Positions 1 through 10,107 of a stretch of 64,000 nt of DNA are shown piece by piece (the stretch's first letter is position 1; each line of letters starts with the position of its first letter). The notes under the pieces are model-generated. The model made no database searches. It had not been told where the DNA came from and saw only the letters and a list, made by a program, of their open reading frames with translations. The translations under genes and the position numbers were made by a program. Where the stretch lies: contig CAWDXE010000001.1 of assembly GCA_963806185.1 (NCBI GenBank), positions 96,001 through 160,000 of the forward strand, read 5' to 3'. This DNA is from an uncultured candidate division Zixibacteria bacterium (lineage in GTDB: Bacteria; Zixibacteria; MSB-5A5; GN15; FEB-12).

Positions 1-107
1 ATGAACACCAGTCGGTTCTGGAGCAGGAAGACCAGCAGGCACAAAAAGACGTACCCGGCGATAGCCAGGAGCACGGCAATCAACAGCACGCGAGCGAAAT
101 TCACCAT
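1..107 (-). CDS. 5' end of a membrane-anchored protein, possibly an alpha/beta hydrolase (runs off the window)
   Basis: Manual translation MVNFARVLLIAVLLAIAGYVFLCLLVFLLQNRLVF: a TM helix followed by QxRLVF, a common start of membrane-anchored alpha/beta hydrolases. Confidence 0.55.
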   Translation of the reverse strand, partial: MVNFARVLLIAVLLAIAGYVFLCLLVFLLQNRLVF

Positions 108-136
108 ATCTGTAATATATGTGACCCGGCCGGCAG

Positions 137-166
137 AAAAAAGCCCGACTGCGCGGCAGCCGGGCT
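137..166 (-). terminator. Intrinsic terminator after guaA
   Basis: Minus strand AGCCCGGCTGC-CGC-GCAGTCGGGCT followed by a T-tract. Confidence 0.8.
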
Positions 167-200
167 CTGAATTTCATCCGAATTCACGGTGCGACGGAAG

Positions 201-1745
201 TTACTCCCACTCAATCGTCGCCGGCGGCTTTGACGAGATATCGTACACCACCCGATTTACCCCTTTCACGTTGCGGATAATCCGGTTCGAAATATGCGCC
301 AAAACTGTGTGATCGATCCGCGCCCAGTCGGCCGTCATGCCGTCGACCGACGTCACCGCCCGCAAAGCTACCACATTCTCATAGGTCCGCTCGTCACCCA
401 TCACGCCTACCGCGCTCACCGGCAGGAGCACCGCAAACGCCTGCCAAATATCATTATAGATATTGTGCCGATGCAATTCGTCGATGAAAACCGCGTCCAC
501 TTCCCGAAGCGTATCACACCGTTCCCTCGTGACTTCACCCAGCACGCGCACCGCCAGCCCCGGACCCGGGAACGGATGACGCATGATGAATTTCTCCGGC
601 AAACCGAGCGCCCGACCCAGCGTGCGAACCTCATCTTTGAACAATTCGCGCAGAGGCTCTACCAGTTTCAGGCTCATCTTCTCTTTCAAGCCGCCGACGT
701 TATGGTGCGATTTGATGGTAACCGACGGCCCCCCTCGGAAGGACACCGATTCTATCACATCCGGGTACAGCGTTCCCTGCGCCAGGAAGTCAATCCCGCC
801 GATCTTCTGGGCCTCAGCCTCAAACACGTCGATGAATGTCGACCCGATGATTTTTCGCTTCTTCTCAGGATCCTCTACTCCCGCCATCCGCTGCATAAAC
901 ATGTCCGACGCATCGACCGCGTGCAGATTGAGCCCCAGTGTGCGCAACATCGTCGTTACATCCTCGAACTCGTTCTTCCGCAGCATGCCCGTGTTGACGA
1001 ACACCGCATGCAGGCGGTCGCCGATCGCCCTGTTGAGCAGGACTCCGGCTACGGTGGAATCGACGCCGCCTGAAATCCCCAGGACAATCTTGCCGTCGCC
1101 CACCTGCTCGCGAATCTTTCGTACCGATTCGTCGAGGAACGACTGCGTCGTCCAGTCCCCTTTGAGTTTACAGATGTCGAAGAGGAAATTGTTGATGACC
1201 GTCTTCCCGGCGTCCGTGTGATGTACCTCCGGATGAAACTGAACGCCATAAATGCGTCTTGCTTCATGCGCTACCGCGGCCACCCGCAGCGTCTCGGTCG
1301 ACGCGATCACATGAAAACCGGGCGGCATCTGCGCCACCGAATCTCCGTGCGACATCCAGACCTGGCTGCCGCTGGGAACGCCTTTGAGTATGGGGCTCTC
1401 ACCAAGAATCGACAGATGCGACCGCCCGTACTCACGAGTGTCGCTTCGCTTGAGTTGTCCGCCATACACGTCCGCCAGCAGCTGCAACCCGTAGCAGATG
1501 CCCAGTATCGGCTTGTCCGTTTCAAAAAAGGACTTGGGCAGTCGAGGTGAATCGGCATCGGCCAGCGAGGCCGGCCCGCCCGACAGAATATACCCGGCTA
1601 TTTTGGCGTTGGCATACTTCGACAAGTCGGCGTTGAACGGAAGGATCTCGCAGTAGACGTTGGCCTCTCTGACCCGGCGCGCAATCAGCTGCGTGTACTG
1701 CGAACCGAAATCAAAGATGAGAATCATGTCATGGCCGGTGACCAC
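201..1745 (-). CDS. guaA: GMP synthase (glutamine-hydrolysing)
   Basis: DFGSQYTQLIARR, PILGICYG, QFHPEV, SGGVDS and C-terminal SKPPATIEWE motifs. Start moved to GTG at 1745, which follows AGGAGG. Confidence 0.97.
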   Translation of the reverse strand: MVTGHDMILIFDFGSQYTQLIARRVREANVYCEILPFNADLSKYANAKIAGYILSGGPASLADADSPRLPKSFFETDKPILGICYGLQLLADVYGGQLKRSDTREYGRSHLSILGESPILKGVPSGSQVWMSHGDSVAQMPPGFHVIASTETLRVAAVAHEARRIYGVQFHPEVHHTDAGKTVINNFLFDICKLKGDWTTQSFLDESVRKIREQVGDGKIVLGISGGVDSTVAGVLLNRAIGDRLHAVFVNTGMLRKNEFEDVTTMLRTLGLNLHAVDASDMFMQRMAGVEDPEKKRKIIGSTFIDVFEAEAQKIGGIDFLAQGTLYPDVIESVSFRGGPSVTIKSHHNVGGLKEKMSLKLVEPLRELFKDEVRTLGRALGLPEKFIMRHPFPGPGLAVRVLGEVTRERCDTLREVDAVFIDELHRHNIYNDIWQAFAVLLPVSAVGVMGDERTYENVVALRAVTSVDGMTADWARIDHTVLAHISNRIIRNVKGVNRVVYDISSKPPATIEWE

Positions 1746-3351
1746 GGACGGCCTCCTGCCGGAGTTTTCCTTCGATGACGGTGTCTGAGCGGTAGGCATC
1801 GTTTTCAAGCGGTCTATCCTCCAAATAGTGCAGCCCGCGCGACTCCAGCCGGCGGCGGGCGCACTGAATAATGAGCTCGGCGACAGTCGCCAGATTTCTC
1901 AACTCGACCACCGGATACGTCGCCGGCGTCGCCATATAGTACTGATCTATCGCCGTTCGAATCTGCTGTACCTTTTCCTGCGCCAGTTGCAGTCGTTCTT
2001 CGGTCCGTACGATACCCACAAAATCGGACATGACCCGCTTGAGTTCCCGGCGATCGTGCGCAATCAGGATTTTTTCCCGGGGAAATTTGAGCGATGAGTA
2101 CATCGGCGCGTCAACCGGCACGTTTTCCGGAAAATGCGCCTGGCGAAAATAGTCATACGAGGCCTTGGCCGACAGCTTCGCCATGACCACCGCCTCAAGG
2201 AGAGAATTCGACGCCAGTCGGTTGGCCCCGTGCAGTCCGGTCATCGCCACTTCGCCCGCCACATACAGCCCCGCGAGCTCCGTTTCCCCGTCGATGGTCG
2301 AAACCACCCCCCCGCAGGCATAATGAGCCGCCGGCACTACCGGGATGGGACGCTGGGTCAGGTCAAAGCCGTACTTAAGACATTCTCTGTAAATATTAGG
2401 GAATCGATTCTTGACATGCACCGGATCAAGATGAGTGAGATCGAGCAGAACATATTCCTCACCGCTGGACTTGAGCTCCTGATCTATCTGCCGCGCCACC
2501 ACGTCGCGGGGCGCGAGATCTTTCAACGGGTGAACCTTCTCCATGATAAACCGGCCGTCGACTGATTTCAGCCGTCCCCCTTCGCCGCGCACGGCCTCCG
2601 AAATGAGAAACGGCCAGCGGCTCGGTGCATAGAGAGTCGTCGGATGAAATTGAATGAACTCGAGATTGGCAATTGAGATTCCCGCCCGGTAGGCAATCGC
2701 CACGCCGTCACCGGTCGCGATTAGCGGATTCGACGTGTGAAAATAGACTTGCCCCAGTCCTCCCGTGGCCAGCATCGTGACCGGCGCGTAGAACGACGAA
2801 AAGACCCGGTTAGCTTCGCTGAAAACAACGACCCCTGCGCAAAACGCCTGACCACTCGTCGTGTAGGTAATCAGGTCAAGGGCAATATGGTCGCGCAGGA
2901 TGGTGATCCGACTGCCCTTTTCACGGCACGCGGCGAGCAGGGCGCGCTCGATCTCCCGTCCGGTGAGGTCGGACGCATGCACCACCCGATTGGTGGAATG
3001 GCCGCCTTCGCGCCCCAGGTCGAAGTTGCCGTCCCGCTTCGTGAACTCAACACCGTATCGCATGAGCTCTTCGATGACCGACGGACCCTCCTCGACTACT
3101 TTCTCGACGACTTCAGGATGACACAGCCCGCAACCAACCCGAAGCGTATCCTGAATGTGTGCATCAAAGGAATCGGTTCCGGCAAGAACCGCCGCGATCC
3201 CTCCCTGCGCTCGATTGGTGTTGGAGTCTGACTCTGCCTTCTTCGTGACCAGGGCAATCCTCAGTCGTGAGTCCGTCTCGGCCAGTCGAAGAGCGTAAAA
3301 CAGACCGGCAATACCGCTTCCTACTACTACCGCGTCGAACCGTCTATCCAT
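1729..3351 (-). CDS. nadB: L-aspartate oxidase
   Basis: GSGIAGL FAD motif, AQGGIAA, REGGHS, QFHPT, SEAVRGEG, HGANRLASNSLLE, ESRGLHY. Confidence 0.96.
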   Translation of the reverse strand: MDRRFDAVVVGSGIAGLFYALRLAETDSRLRIALVTKKAESDSNTNRAQGGIAAVLAGTDSFDAHIQDTLRVGCGLCHPEVVEKVVEEGPSVIEELMRYGVEFTKRDGNFDLGREGGHSTNRVVHASDLTGREIERALLAACREKGSRITILRDHIALDLITYTTSGQAFCAGVVVFSEANRVFSSFYAPVTMLATGGLGQVYFHTSNPLIATGDGVAIAYRAGISIANLEFIQFHPTTLYAPSRWPFLISEAVRGEGGRLKSVDGRFIMEKVHPLKDLAPRDVVARQIDQELKSSGEEYVLLDLTHLDPVHVKNRFPNIYRECLKYGFDLTQRPIPVVPAAHYACGGVVSTIDGETELAGLYVAGEVAMTGLHGANRLASNSLLEAVVMAKLSAKASYDYFRQAHFPENVPVDAPMYSSLKFPREKILIAHDRRELKRVMSDFVGIVRTEERLQLAQEKVQQIRTAIDQYYMATPATYPVVELRNLATVAELIIQCARRRLESRGLHYLEDRPLENDAYRSDTVIEGKLRQEAVRGHRP

Positions 3352-4423
3352 GTGCTCCTGCCTGGCGTTTCAGAGTCAGCTTCTGTTCGATGATTTCGAG
3401 AAGTTCACGATCCTTGTCAATCTTAACCGTCAGCCCAAGATAATACGTTTCCCGCCCGAAATCAAAGTCGCCCAATTTGACCCAATCTTTGGCCGTCGTC
3501 AAGAGCAGATCGGCCTTCTGCCGCTCAGCCGCCGCACGGATTCGCTCCAGCAGCGCCGCACTGAATGACTGGTGATCCTCCAGCTCCATCGTCCCCGCCA
3601 CCTTCCCGGCGAGCCGTTTTACCTGTTCCGCCAGCCCACCGAAATGCCCGATTCCCGCAAACAGAAACACCGAGCGTGATCTGAGATACGTAATCGGCAG
3701 CCGATTCACGAAATCAGCATGAATATCATTCGCCACAAAGCGCGCCTCAAACGCCTCCGCCTCACCCGGCGCCCGACTGATCTGGTCGCGCACCCACTCC
3801 ACATGGCGACCCAGATTCGCCCGGGTAATGATTATCAGATCAGCGCGACCCAGCGCGCGAAATCCTTCGCGCAGCATACCCCGGGGAAAAGGGAGCGCCA
3901 GCTTCGGGTCCATCGAGGCATCGAGAGCGACTATGTCAACATCACGATGCAGCGCCCAATGCTGGAAGCCGTCGTCAACGACTATCACGTCGGCCGCCGA
4001 ACTCGCGGCCAGTACCCGCGCGGCTCTTGCTTTTGTCTTGTGAATCGAGAACATGACGTCCGGCAGCATCTGCGCCAATAGCTTTACTTCGTCACCGGTC
4101 GCTTCAACATCCATCTTCTGAATCTCATCTCCCCGCGCCAGCAACGGTTCGTCGCTGTCCCGCTTGTAGCCACGCGCCACTATGCCGACCCGGTACCCGC
4201 GATGAGCCAGTTCCTCCGCCAGCCATCCCACTAATGGCGTCTTCCCCGCTCCCCCGACGGTGATATTACCCACCGATATGACGGGGATCCCAAGGCGCAC
4301 CGACGGCCGACGTACTGCCTTGACCAAGGCGAATCCCATCCGGTACACGACCGAAGCGAGCCACAACGGAACGGCCGCCGCCCCTCCTCGCGCCATCATC
4401 GCTTTCCACTTCTGCTCAGCCAC
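3344..4423 (-). CDS. lpxK: Tetraacyldisaccharide 4'-kinase
   Basis: PVISVGNITVGGAGKTP, GDE, DDGFQH, LRE and TTAKD motifs; lipid A operon context. Confidence 0.95.
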   Translation of the reverse strand: MAEQKWKAMMARGGAAAVPLWLASVVYRMGFALVKAVRRPSVRLGIPVISVGNITVGGAGKTPLVGWLAEELAHRGYRVGIVARGYKRDSDEPLLARGDEIQKMDVEATGDEVKLLAQMLPDVMFSIHKTKARAARVLAASSAADVIVVDDGFQHWALHRDVDIVALDASMDPKLALPFPRGMLREGFRALGRADLIIITRANLGRHVEWVRDQISRAPGEAEAFEARFVANDIHADFVNRLPITYLRSRSVFLFAGIGHFGGLAEQVKRLAGKVAGTMELEDHQSFSAALLERIRAAAERQKADLLLTTAKDWVKLGDFDFGRETYYLGLTVKIDKDRELLEIIEQKLTLKRQAGAHG

Positions 4424-5654
4424 GTCCCAGCTTTCCGAGGATATACTGCCCCGCCGCCGCCACCGACGAGCGGCTCACGTCTTCAACTGTCTTCACCTTG
4501 AAGATTCTGATTCCTGAGATGACTTTGGAAATCAACTGAACCATCTCAGCCGCGCTCTGCACGCAGGCGCCGAATTGGTGTGTTTCGATATACGCTGCGG
4601 CTTCTCGGACATTTGAGAGATTGGTTCCATAGATCACCGGCGTCTGTGCCCAGACCGGTTCGAGAAGGTTGTGGCCTCCGATATCTACCAGAGTACCGCC
4701 CACAAAGGCAAGATCAGCCGCGCCGTACAGCCCGCTCAAAATTCCCATCTGCTCGACCAGTAGTACGGCCTCGCCGTTCATCAAAGGACTGCCTACCGGA
4801 TGTACGGCCAGCCCCGACTGACCGATCAACTCCCTCACTTCGTCAAGACGTTCCAGGTGCCGGGGTGCAAGAAGCATCCTGAAATTGCCGTGGCTCTGCC
4901 TGATGGCTTGATACACTCCCAAAAGGATGGCCTCTTCACCCGGTCTTGTCGACCCACAAACAAACAGAAATTCATGATCACCGATACCGAGTGACTGCCG
5001 CAACCCGCGTACGCCGGGGGCCGTCTTCTCTATCAACGGTGCATCAAACTTCATATCTCCACCAAGGACGGCCTGACTTGCTGTCGCCCCCAGTTCGCGA
5101 TACCGCGTGAGATCATCTGCCGTTTTGCAAATGATCCGGTCATATCTCGCGATTAGCCCGCCAATCGTTCTCCGCACCCAGAGATACTTTCTGAACGCCT
5201 TCGGTGATATACGCCCGTTTACTTTGGCCATGCCGATCTCTCGCCGCCCGCATTCCAGAATCAGATTCGGCCAGATCTCGGTTTCGGCGATTACCACCAT
5301 TTTCGGCTTCAGCTTGGCCAGAGTGCGGCGCATCAGCGATCTCTTGTCGATTGGGAAGTACGAGATCGTCGCCTGCCCGCTCAGCCGCTTCTTCGCCGTC
5401 GCGAAACCGCTGGCGGTCATCGTCGTCACGTGAAGCCGGAGTGCCGACCGCTCCGACTTCAGCCACGAGGCCAGGTAGCTGATAATGGTCACTTCACCCA
5501 CCGACGATGCGTGCAGCCAGATATCGCACGGCTGCAAGTCCGCCTTCCCCAACCGGTCCCGCCACATCTCGCTCCCCGTAACCATCTTGTACCAGGCATA
5601 CGGATACAAGACGCCATAGATGATGTTTACGGTCAGTCGATAGATAAAAATCAT
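4416..5654 (-). CDS. waaA: Kdo transferase
   Basis: WLHASSVGE, ETEIWPN, GSTRPGEE, APRHLER, GGHNLLEP. Confidence 0.95.
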   Translation of the reverse strand: MIFIYRLTVNIIYGVLYPYAWYKMVTGSEMWRDRLGKADLQPCDIWLHASSVGEVTIISYLASWLKSERSALRLHVTTMTASGFATAKKRLSGQATISYFPIDKRSLMRRTLAKLKPKMVVIAETEIWPNLILECGRREIGMAKVNGRISPKAFRKYLWVRRTIGGLIARYDRIICKTADDLTRYRELGATASQAVLGGDMKFDAPLIEKTAPGVRGLRQSLGIGDHEFLFVCGSTRPGEEAILLGVYQAIRQSHGNFRMLLAPRHLERLDEVRELIGQSGLAVHPVGSPLMNGEAVLLVEQMGILSGLYGAADLAFVGGTLVDIGGHNLLEPVWAQTPVIYGTNLSNVREAAAYIETHQFGACVQSAAEMVQLISKVISGIRIFKVKTVEDVSRSSVAAAGQYILGKLGRG

Positions 5655-6757
5655 ATATACGACGCAACCCGTTCGGCGGCCCGCCGACTGGCGCCGCCCC
5701 CGCCGAGAATCCCCGGCAACCGGTGCAGCGCTTCGATGACACCGCGCCGATAAGGCTCGTCGGCCAGATATTGTTCCAACGCCTCCGCCATCCGCTCACC
5801 CGTGACCTCACCCTGAATCAACTCCGGCACGAACTTCCTGCTGAGAACCAAATTGACCAGACCGATGCTGTCAAGCGTGACCAGTCGCTTCGCAATCTGA
5901 TACGTGACGAAGCCTGTTCGATAAACAATTACCATCGGCCGGCCTATGATTCCGGCCTCCAGCGTCGCCGTCCCGGAAGCCGTCAACACCAGGTCCGACT
6001 CGAATACCACCCGCCTCGCGTTATCGTGCACGAGTCGAACGAAATCCCCATCACCCGCTCTCAGGTGCCCTTCGTAGTCATACGTTCCCCTTACCGCGGC
6101 GACTTCCGATGTGTAGCCGTGCCGCTCGTGCATGATCCGCGCCGCATCCAACATCGGCGCCAGCATCCGCTCAACCTCCTGAGGCCGTGACCCCGGCAAA
6201 AGGGCGAGTCGCCTTCGATTGGGCAAGGGCGAGGCGACGTACTCTGCGGGGATATCCTCCAACAGATAGTGCCCGACAAACGAATGCGCAATCCCTGTCG
6301 GGCCGAAAAACTCACGCTCAAAGGGAAGGATGATCATCAGGTGGTCAACCAGCTCCCGCATCTGCGCCAGCCTCGCCTTCCCCCACGCCCACAACTGCGG
6401 CGAGATGTAATAAATGATCGGGATGCCGAGATGTTTGACCCGCTTGGCCAGACGTAAATTGAAGCCGGGGTAGTCAACCAGCAGTATTGCCGACGGTTGG
6501 CGGCGCGTGATTTCATCCACGCACCGATGCATCAACCTCCGAAAAAAACAGAATTGCTTGGCTACTTCCCAGAAGCCGATGACGGCCAGTCGCTCCGCCG
6601 GTACGAATTGCTCCTGACCGAGCGCCGCCAGTCGCGGCCCGCCCAGACCGAAAAGCGCAATCTCAGGTTTGATTGCTTTGAGCTCGGTGATCAGTCGCGC
6701 GGTCGCGTTATCGCCGGATCGATCACCGGCCGAAATGAATAACATCGGCTGGCTCAT
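5651..6757 (-). CDS. lpxB: Lipid A disaccharide synthase
   Basis: VDYPGFNLRLA, YYISPQLWAW, LLPGSR, SGTATLE, PELIQ. Confidence 0.96.
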   Translation of the reverse strand: MSQPMLFISAGDRSGDNATARLITELKAIKPEIALFGLGGPRLAALGQEQFVPAERLAVIGFWEVAKQFCFFRRLMHRCVDEITRRQPSAILLVDYPGFNLRLAKRVKHLGIPIIYYISPQLWAWGKARLAQMRELVDHLMIILPFEREFFGPTGIAHSFVGHYLLEDIPAEYVASPLPNRRRLALLPGSRPQEVERMLAPMLDAARIMHERHGYTSEVAAVRGTYDYEGHLRAGDGDFVRLVHDNARRVVFESDLVLTASGTATLEAGIIGRPMVIVYRTGFVTYQIAKRLVTLDSIGLVNLVLSRKFVPELIQGEVTGERMAEALEQYLADEPYRRGVIEALHRLPGILGGGGASRRAAERVASYI

Positions 6758-7753
6758 TCACGCCGACGCCGTCGCCATGCTGCGACTTATCGAATCCTTG
6801 CCGATACGCTCGATCTCCAGCGCAATATGCAGTGCCTCGGCCGCCTGCCGTACGGTAACCGCTACCGGCGAATCACTTATGACCGACGTAAGAAATGTCT
6901 CGATTTCCAATCCCAGCATATCCTTCCCGTTGTCGGGACGCATCAGGTACGAAATATCCCGCCCCGATTTCCCCAGCGGCACCCGCATCCCTTCACTCGC
7001 CTCACCCGGCTTCGCCAGTCGATAAATATCGGCCTGCTTCGTCGCCAGATCGAGCGAGTAATACCCCGAGGGTTGGAAGATGCGCAGCTTGCGCATTGCC
7101 TTCAGCGATATGCGCGAGGCCGTCAGGTTGGCCACGGCGCCATTCTTGAACGTCAGGCGTGCATTAGCAATGTCCGCATGTTCGGATATCACTGCCACCG
7201 CTGACGCCTGGATGTCGGCGATCGGCGACTTGATGAACGTGAGCACAAGGTCGATGTCATGAATCATCAGGTCGAGCACGACAGCTACGTCGGTACCGCG
7301 CGGGTCAAACGCCGCCAGCCGGTGCGCTTCGATAAATCTCGGATCGATATCATGCCCGGCCAACGCCATCACTGCCGGATTAAACCGCTCGATTTGCCCG
7401 ACGGTCACCTTGACAGTTTTTCGGTCGGCCAGCGCCTGAAGTTCCTGTGCTTCCGCCAGCGTCGTCGTGATCGGCTTTTCGATCAGACAGTGCACGCCGC
7501 GACCGATCAGGTCCGACGCTACGTCAAAGTGCGCCGTGGTAGGTACCACGATCGAGACTGCTCTGGCCTTCTGCGCTACCTCGTCGAGCGACTTGAACGC
7601 GGAGATATTGTACTGCTGGGCGTATTGCTCGGCCTTGGCTGTATCGATGTCGTACACACCGACCAGATTGGATTGCGGAAGCTGCGACAGCCAGCGCAGG
7701 TGATGTCGGCCCAAAGCGCCGACCCCGACTACGGCGGTGGGAATCTGTTGCAT
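6758..7753 (-). CDS. Gfo/Idh/MocA oxidoreductase, GnnA-like (UDP-GlcNAc 3-dehydrogenase)
   Basis: GVGALG Rossmann motif, EKP, ERFNP, DLMIHDID; lies between lpxA and lpxB, the position of gnnA in GlcN3N lipid A producers. Confidence 0.8.
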   Translation of the reverse strand: MQQIPTAVVGVGALGRHHLRWLSQLPQSNLVGVYDIDTAKAEQYAQQYNISAFKSLDEVAQKARAVSIVVPTTAHFDVASDLIGRGVHCLIEKPITTTLAEAQELQALADRKTVKVTVGQIERFNPAVMALAGHDIDPRFIEAHRLAAFDPRGTDVAVVLDLMIHDIDLVLTFIKSPIADIQASAVAVISEHADIANARLTFKNGAVANLTASRISLKAMRKLRIFQPSGYYSLDLATKQADIYRLAKPGEASEGMRVPLGKSGRDISYLMRPDNGKDMLGLEIETFLTSVISDSPVAVTVRQAAEALHIALEIERIGKDSISRSMATASA

Positions 7754-7785
7754 AGGACTAACCTCGCGGATAGCAACCGGTCGAT

Positions 7786-8559
7786 CTATTTCACTAAGCC
7801 GCGATCCGACCGGGCCACAAAATCGACTATCGTCTTCACTTCGGGAATCTTCTCAATCTCGCCGTCGATCTTCGCCAACGCCTGCGTCGTATTCATCCCC
7901 GAGAAGAATAGTATCTTGAACGTCTGCTCCAGCGTATGGATCACTTTCGCATCGAATCCGCGACGACGCAGACCGATCGAGTTGATGCCCACGACTTTGA
8001 GCGGATACCCACCCACCAGGGCAAACGGACAGATGTCCTGCTGCACGCGGAAGCCGCCCCCGACCATGCAGTGCGCGCCGATCTTCACGAACTGGTGCAC
8101 CGGAAGTACTCCGCCCAGAATGGCGAAATCGTCTACCTCTACGTGACCGGCCAGATTCACCGAGTTGGCCATGATCACGTTATTCCCGACCACGCAATCG
8201 TGCGCGACGTGCGTGTAAGCCATCAGGAAGCAATTCTTTCCGATCGAGGCTTCGCCGTGCGCCTTCGTCCCCCGATTGATTGTGACAAACTCCCGGATCA
8301 CCGTATTGTCACCGACTACCGCGCGCGTAATCTCACCGCCGAATTTCAAGTCCTGCGGCAGGGTGCCGATCACTGCACCGTGCGATACACTCACATTCTG
8401 TCCGATCACCGCGCCGCTGGCCAGAAGCACGTGTGAGGCAACCCTGGTGCCCCGCCCGATCTTCACGTTTTCTTCAATAACCGTGTACGGCCCGACCGAA
8501 ACGTCATCGGCCAACTCAGCCTTCGCTGACACAATTGCTGTGGGGTGAATATTGCTCAT
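7786..8559 (-). CDS. lpxA: UDP-N-acetylglucosamine acyltransferase
   Basis: IHPTAIV, hexapeptide repeats, PQDLKF, IREFVTINRGT, HVAHDC, HQFVKIG. Confidence 0.97.
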   Translation of the reverse strand: MSNIHPTAIVSAKAELADDVSVGPYTVIEENVKIGRGTRVASHVLLASGAVIGQNVSVSHGAVIGTLPQDLKFGGEITRAVVGDNTVIREFVTINRGTKAHGEASIGKNCFLMAYTHVAHDCVVGNNVIMANSVNLAGHVEVDDFAILGGVLPVHQFVKIGAHCMVGGGFRVQQDICPFALVGGYPLKVVGINSIGLRRRGFDAKVIHTLEQTFKILFFSGMNTTQALAKIDGEIEKIPEVKTIVDFVARSDRGLVK

Positions 8560-9950
8560 CGATCAACTACCATCGCCATGAAATCGGCGTTTGCGACCAG
8601 GGTATCATCCACAAACGCCTGCCCGGTCATTTTGCAGGTGTTGCGTCGGAACGTCTGCATTTCCAACTCAAAGCGAAGCTGATCGCCCGGCATCACCGGC
8701 TTGCGAAACTTCGCGTTATCTATCGACATGAAATAGACGACTTTCGTCTCCGGATGCGGAATCGCATTCAAAAGCAGAATCCCGCCCGCCTGCGCCATCG
8801 CCTCAAGGATCAACACCCCCGGCATAATCGGATGACCCGGGAAGTGCCCCTGGAAAAACGGCTCGTTGATGGTCACGTTTTTCAGCGCTACCACCCGCTT
8901 GTCCGGCTCCAGGTCGAGAATTCGATCGATCAGCAGAAACGGATACCGGTGCGGCATAATCTTGAGAATGGCATTGATATCGAAAAAGGCATGTCCGCTT
9001 GCGCGAGGCATAGCGGCCGCGATCCTCTTCTTCTTGTACAACTCGCGCATCTTCTTCGCGAGCGCCACGTTGGCCTTGTGCCCCGAACGCGCCGCCAGCA
9101 CATGCCCCTTGAACGGCACGCCGATCAAAAACAGATCACCGAGCAAGATCGAGTGTCTTGTGGCGCACCGGCTCGTTGTAGAAGCGAAGCGGCACATCGT
9201 TGATAATCCCCGTCTTGCCGACAAACGCTTCTTCTTTGAGATTCAGCGCCGCGCGAATCCGATCCACTTCGATCTGGCCCAGGTCGGAGTCATAGATGAC
9301 CACGGCGTTGTCCAGCCCGCCCCCTTTGATCAGCCCATTCTTCTTGAGCATCTCGACTTCGGACAGAAAGCAAAACGTCCGGGCTGGCGCAAATTCTTCG
9401 ACAAACTCCGTCTCCAGGTCCTGCAGGGTCGTGTACTGCGTACCCAACGCCGGGCTCTTGTAATCAATCATGAAGGTGATGCGCAGATCATCTGACGGCG
9501 TCACCACCAGGTCGACCCCGCGATCTTTCTCGCTGTACGACATCGGCCCGTCAATTTCGAGATAGACCTTGTCACTGATCCTGATTCTCGATTCCCGCTT
9601 CGAGCAATCGCATCGACATACGGCTTCGCCGAACCATCACCGACCGGCGGCTCGTTGTTGTCCAGCTCGACCATCATGTTGTCCAGCTGGAGTCCGGCAA
9701 ATGCGGCCAGTACATGCTCAACCGTGTATACTTTGGCTTCACCGTTTTGCAGTGTCGTGCCACGGGAGATATCAACCACGTGGTCGATATCGGCGATGAC
9801 CGACGGCGCACCGGGAAGATCGACTCGAACGAACCGGATTCCGTGGTCAGGGGGAGCCGGCTTGAAGGTCATGGTGCAGGTGTTTCCCGTATGCAAGCCT
9901 ATGCCGGTCATTGAGATACTGCGTTTGATAGTGCGCTGTTTTTCTACCAT
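8556..9950 (-). CDS. lpxC: Bifunctional LpxC/FabZ, broken by about three +1 indels (~9610, ~9575, ~9143), probably sequencing errors
   Basis: LpxC motifs GIGLHTG, TVEH, DGSA, ARTF, EPVRHK and FabZ motifs PHRYPFLLID, NEPFFQGHFP lie in successive frames. Removing three bases gives about 463 aa. Confidence 0.9.
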
Positions 9951-9979
9951 TGACTATTCCCTGCCGAGTAGATTGCCGG

Positions 9980-10008
9980 AGTATATGGCTTCCGGCTACC
10001 TGACTCAA
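9980..10008 (-). promoter_or_regulatory. sigma70-type promoter of the lipid A operon
   Basis: TTGAGT-N17-TATACT; the -10 box sits inside an inverted repeat GCCGGA..TCCGGC. Confidence 0.6.
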
Positions 10009-10054
10009 GCGGTTTTTTCCCGCCTGATCTGACGCAACCCCTTGTCGTCACACG

Positions 10055-10084
10055 AAAAAGGCGCCGACAGGAGTCGGCGCCTTT
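10055..10084 (-). terminator. Intrinsic terminator after the GH57 gene
   Basis: AAAGGCGCCGAC-TCCT-GTCGGCGCCTTTTT. Confidence 0.85.
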
Positions 10085-10107
10085 GTATCTGCATCACGGT
10101 GAATATG

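Noticed and set aside
8556..9950. lpxC-fabZ pseudogene or programmed frameshifting
   Set aside because: The rest of the lipid A operon is intact and there are no slippery heptamers at the breaks; sequencing error is simpler.
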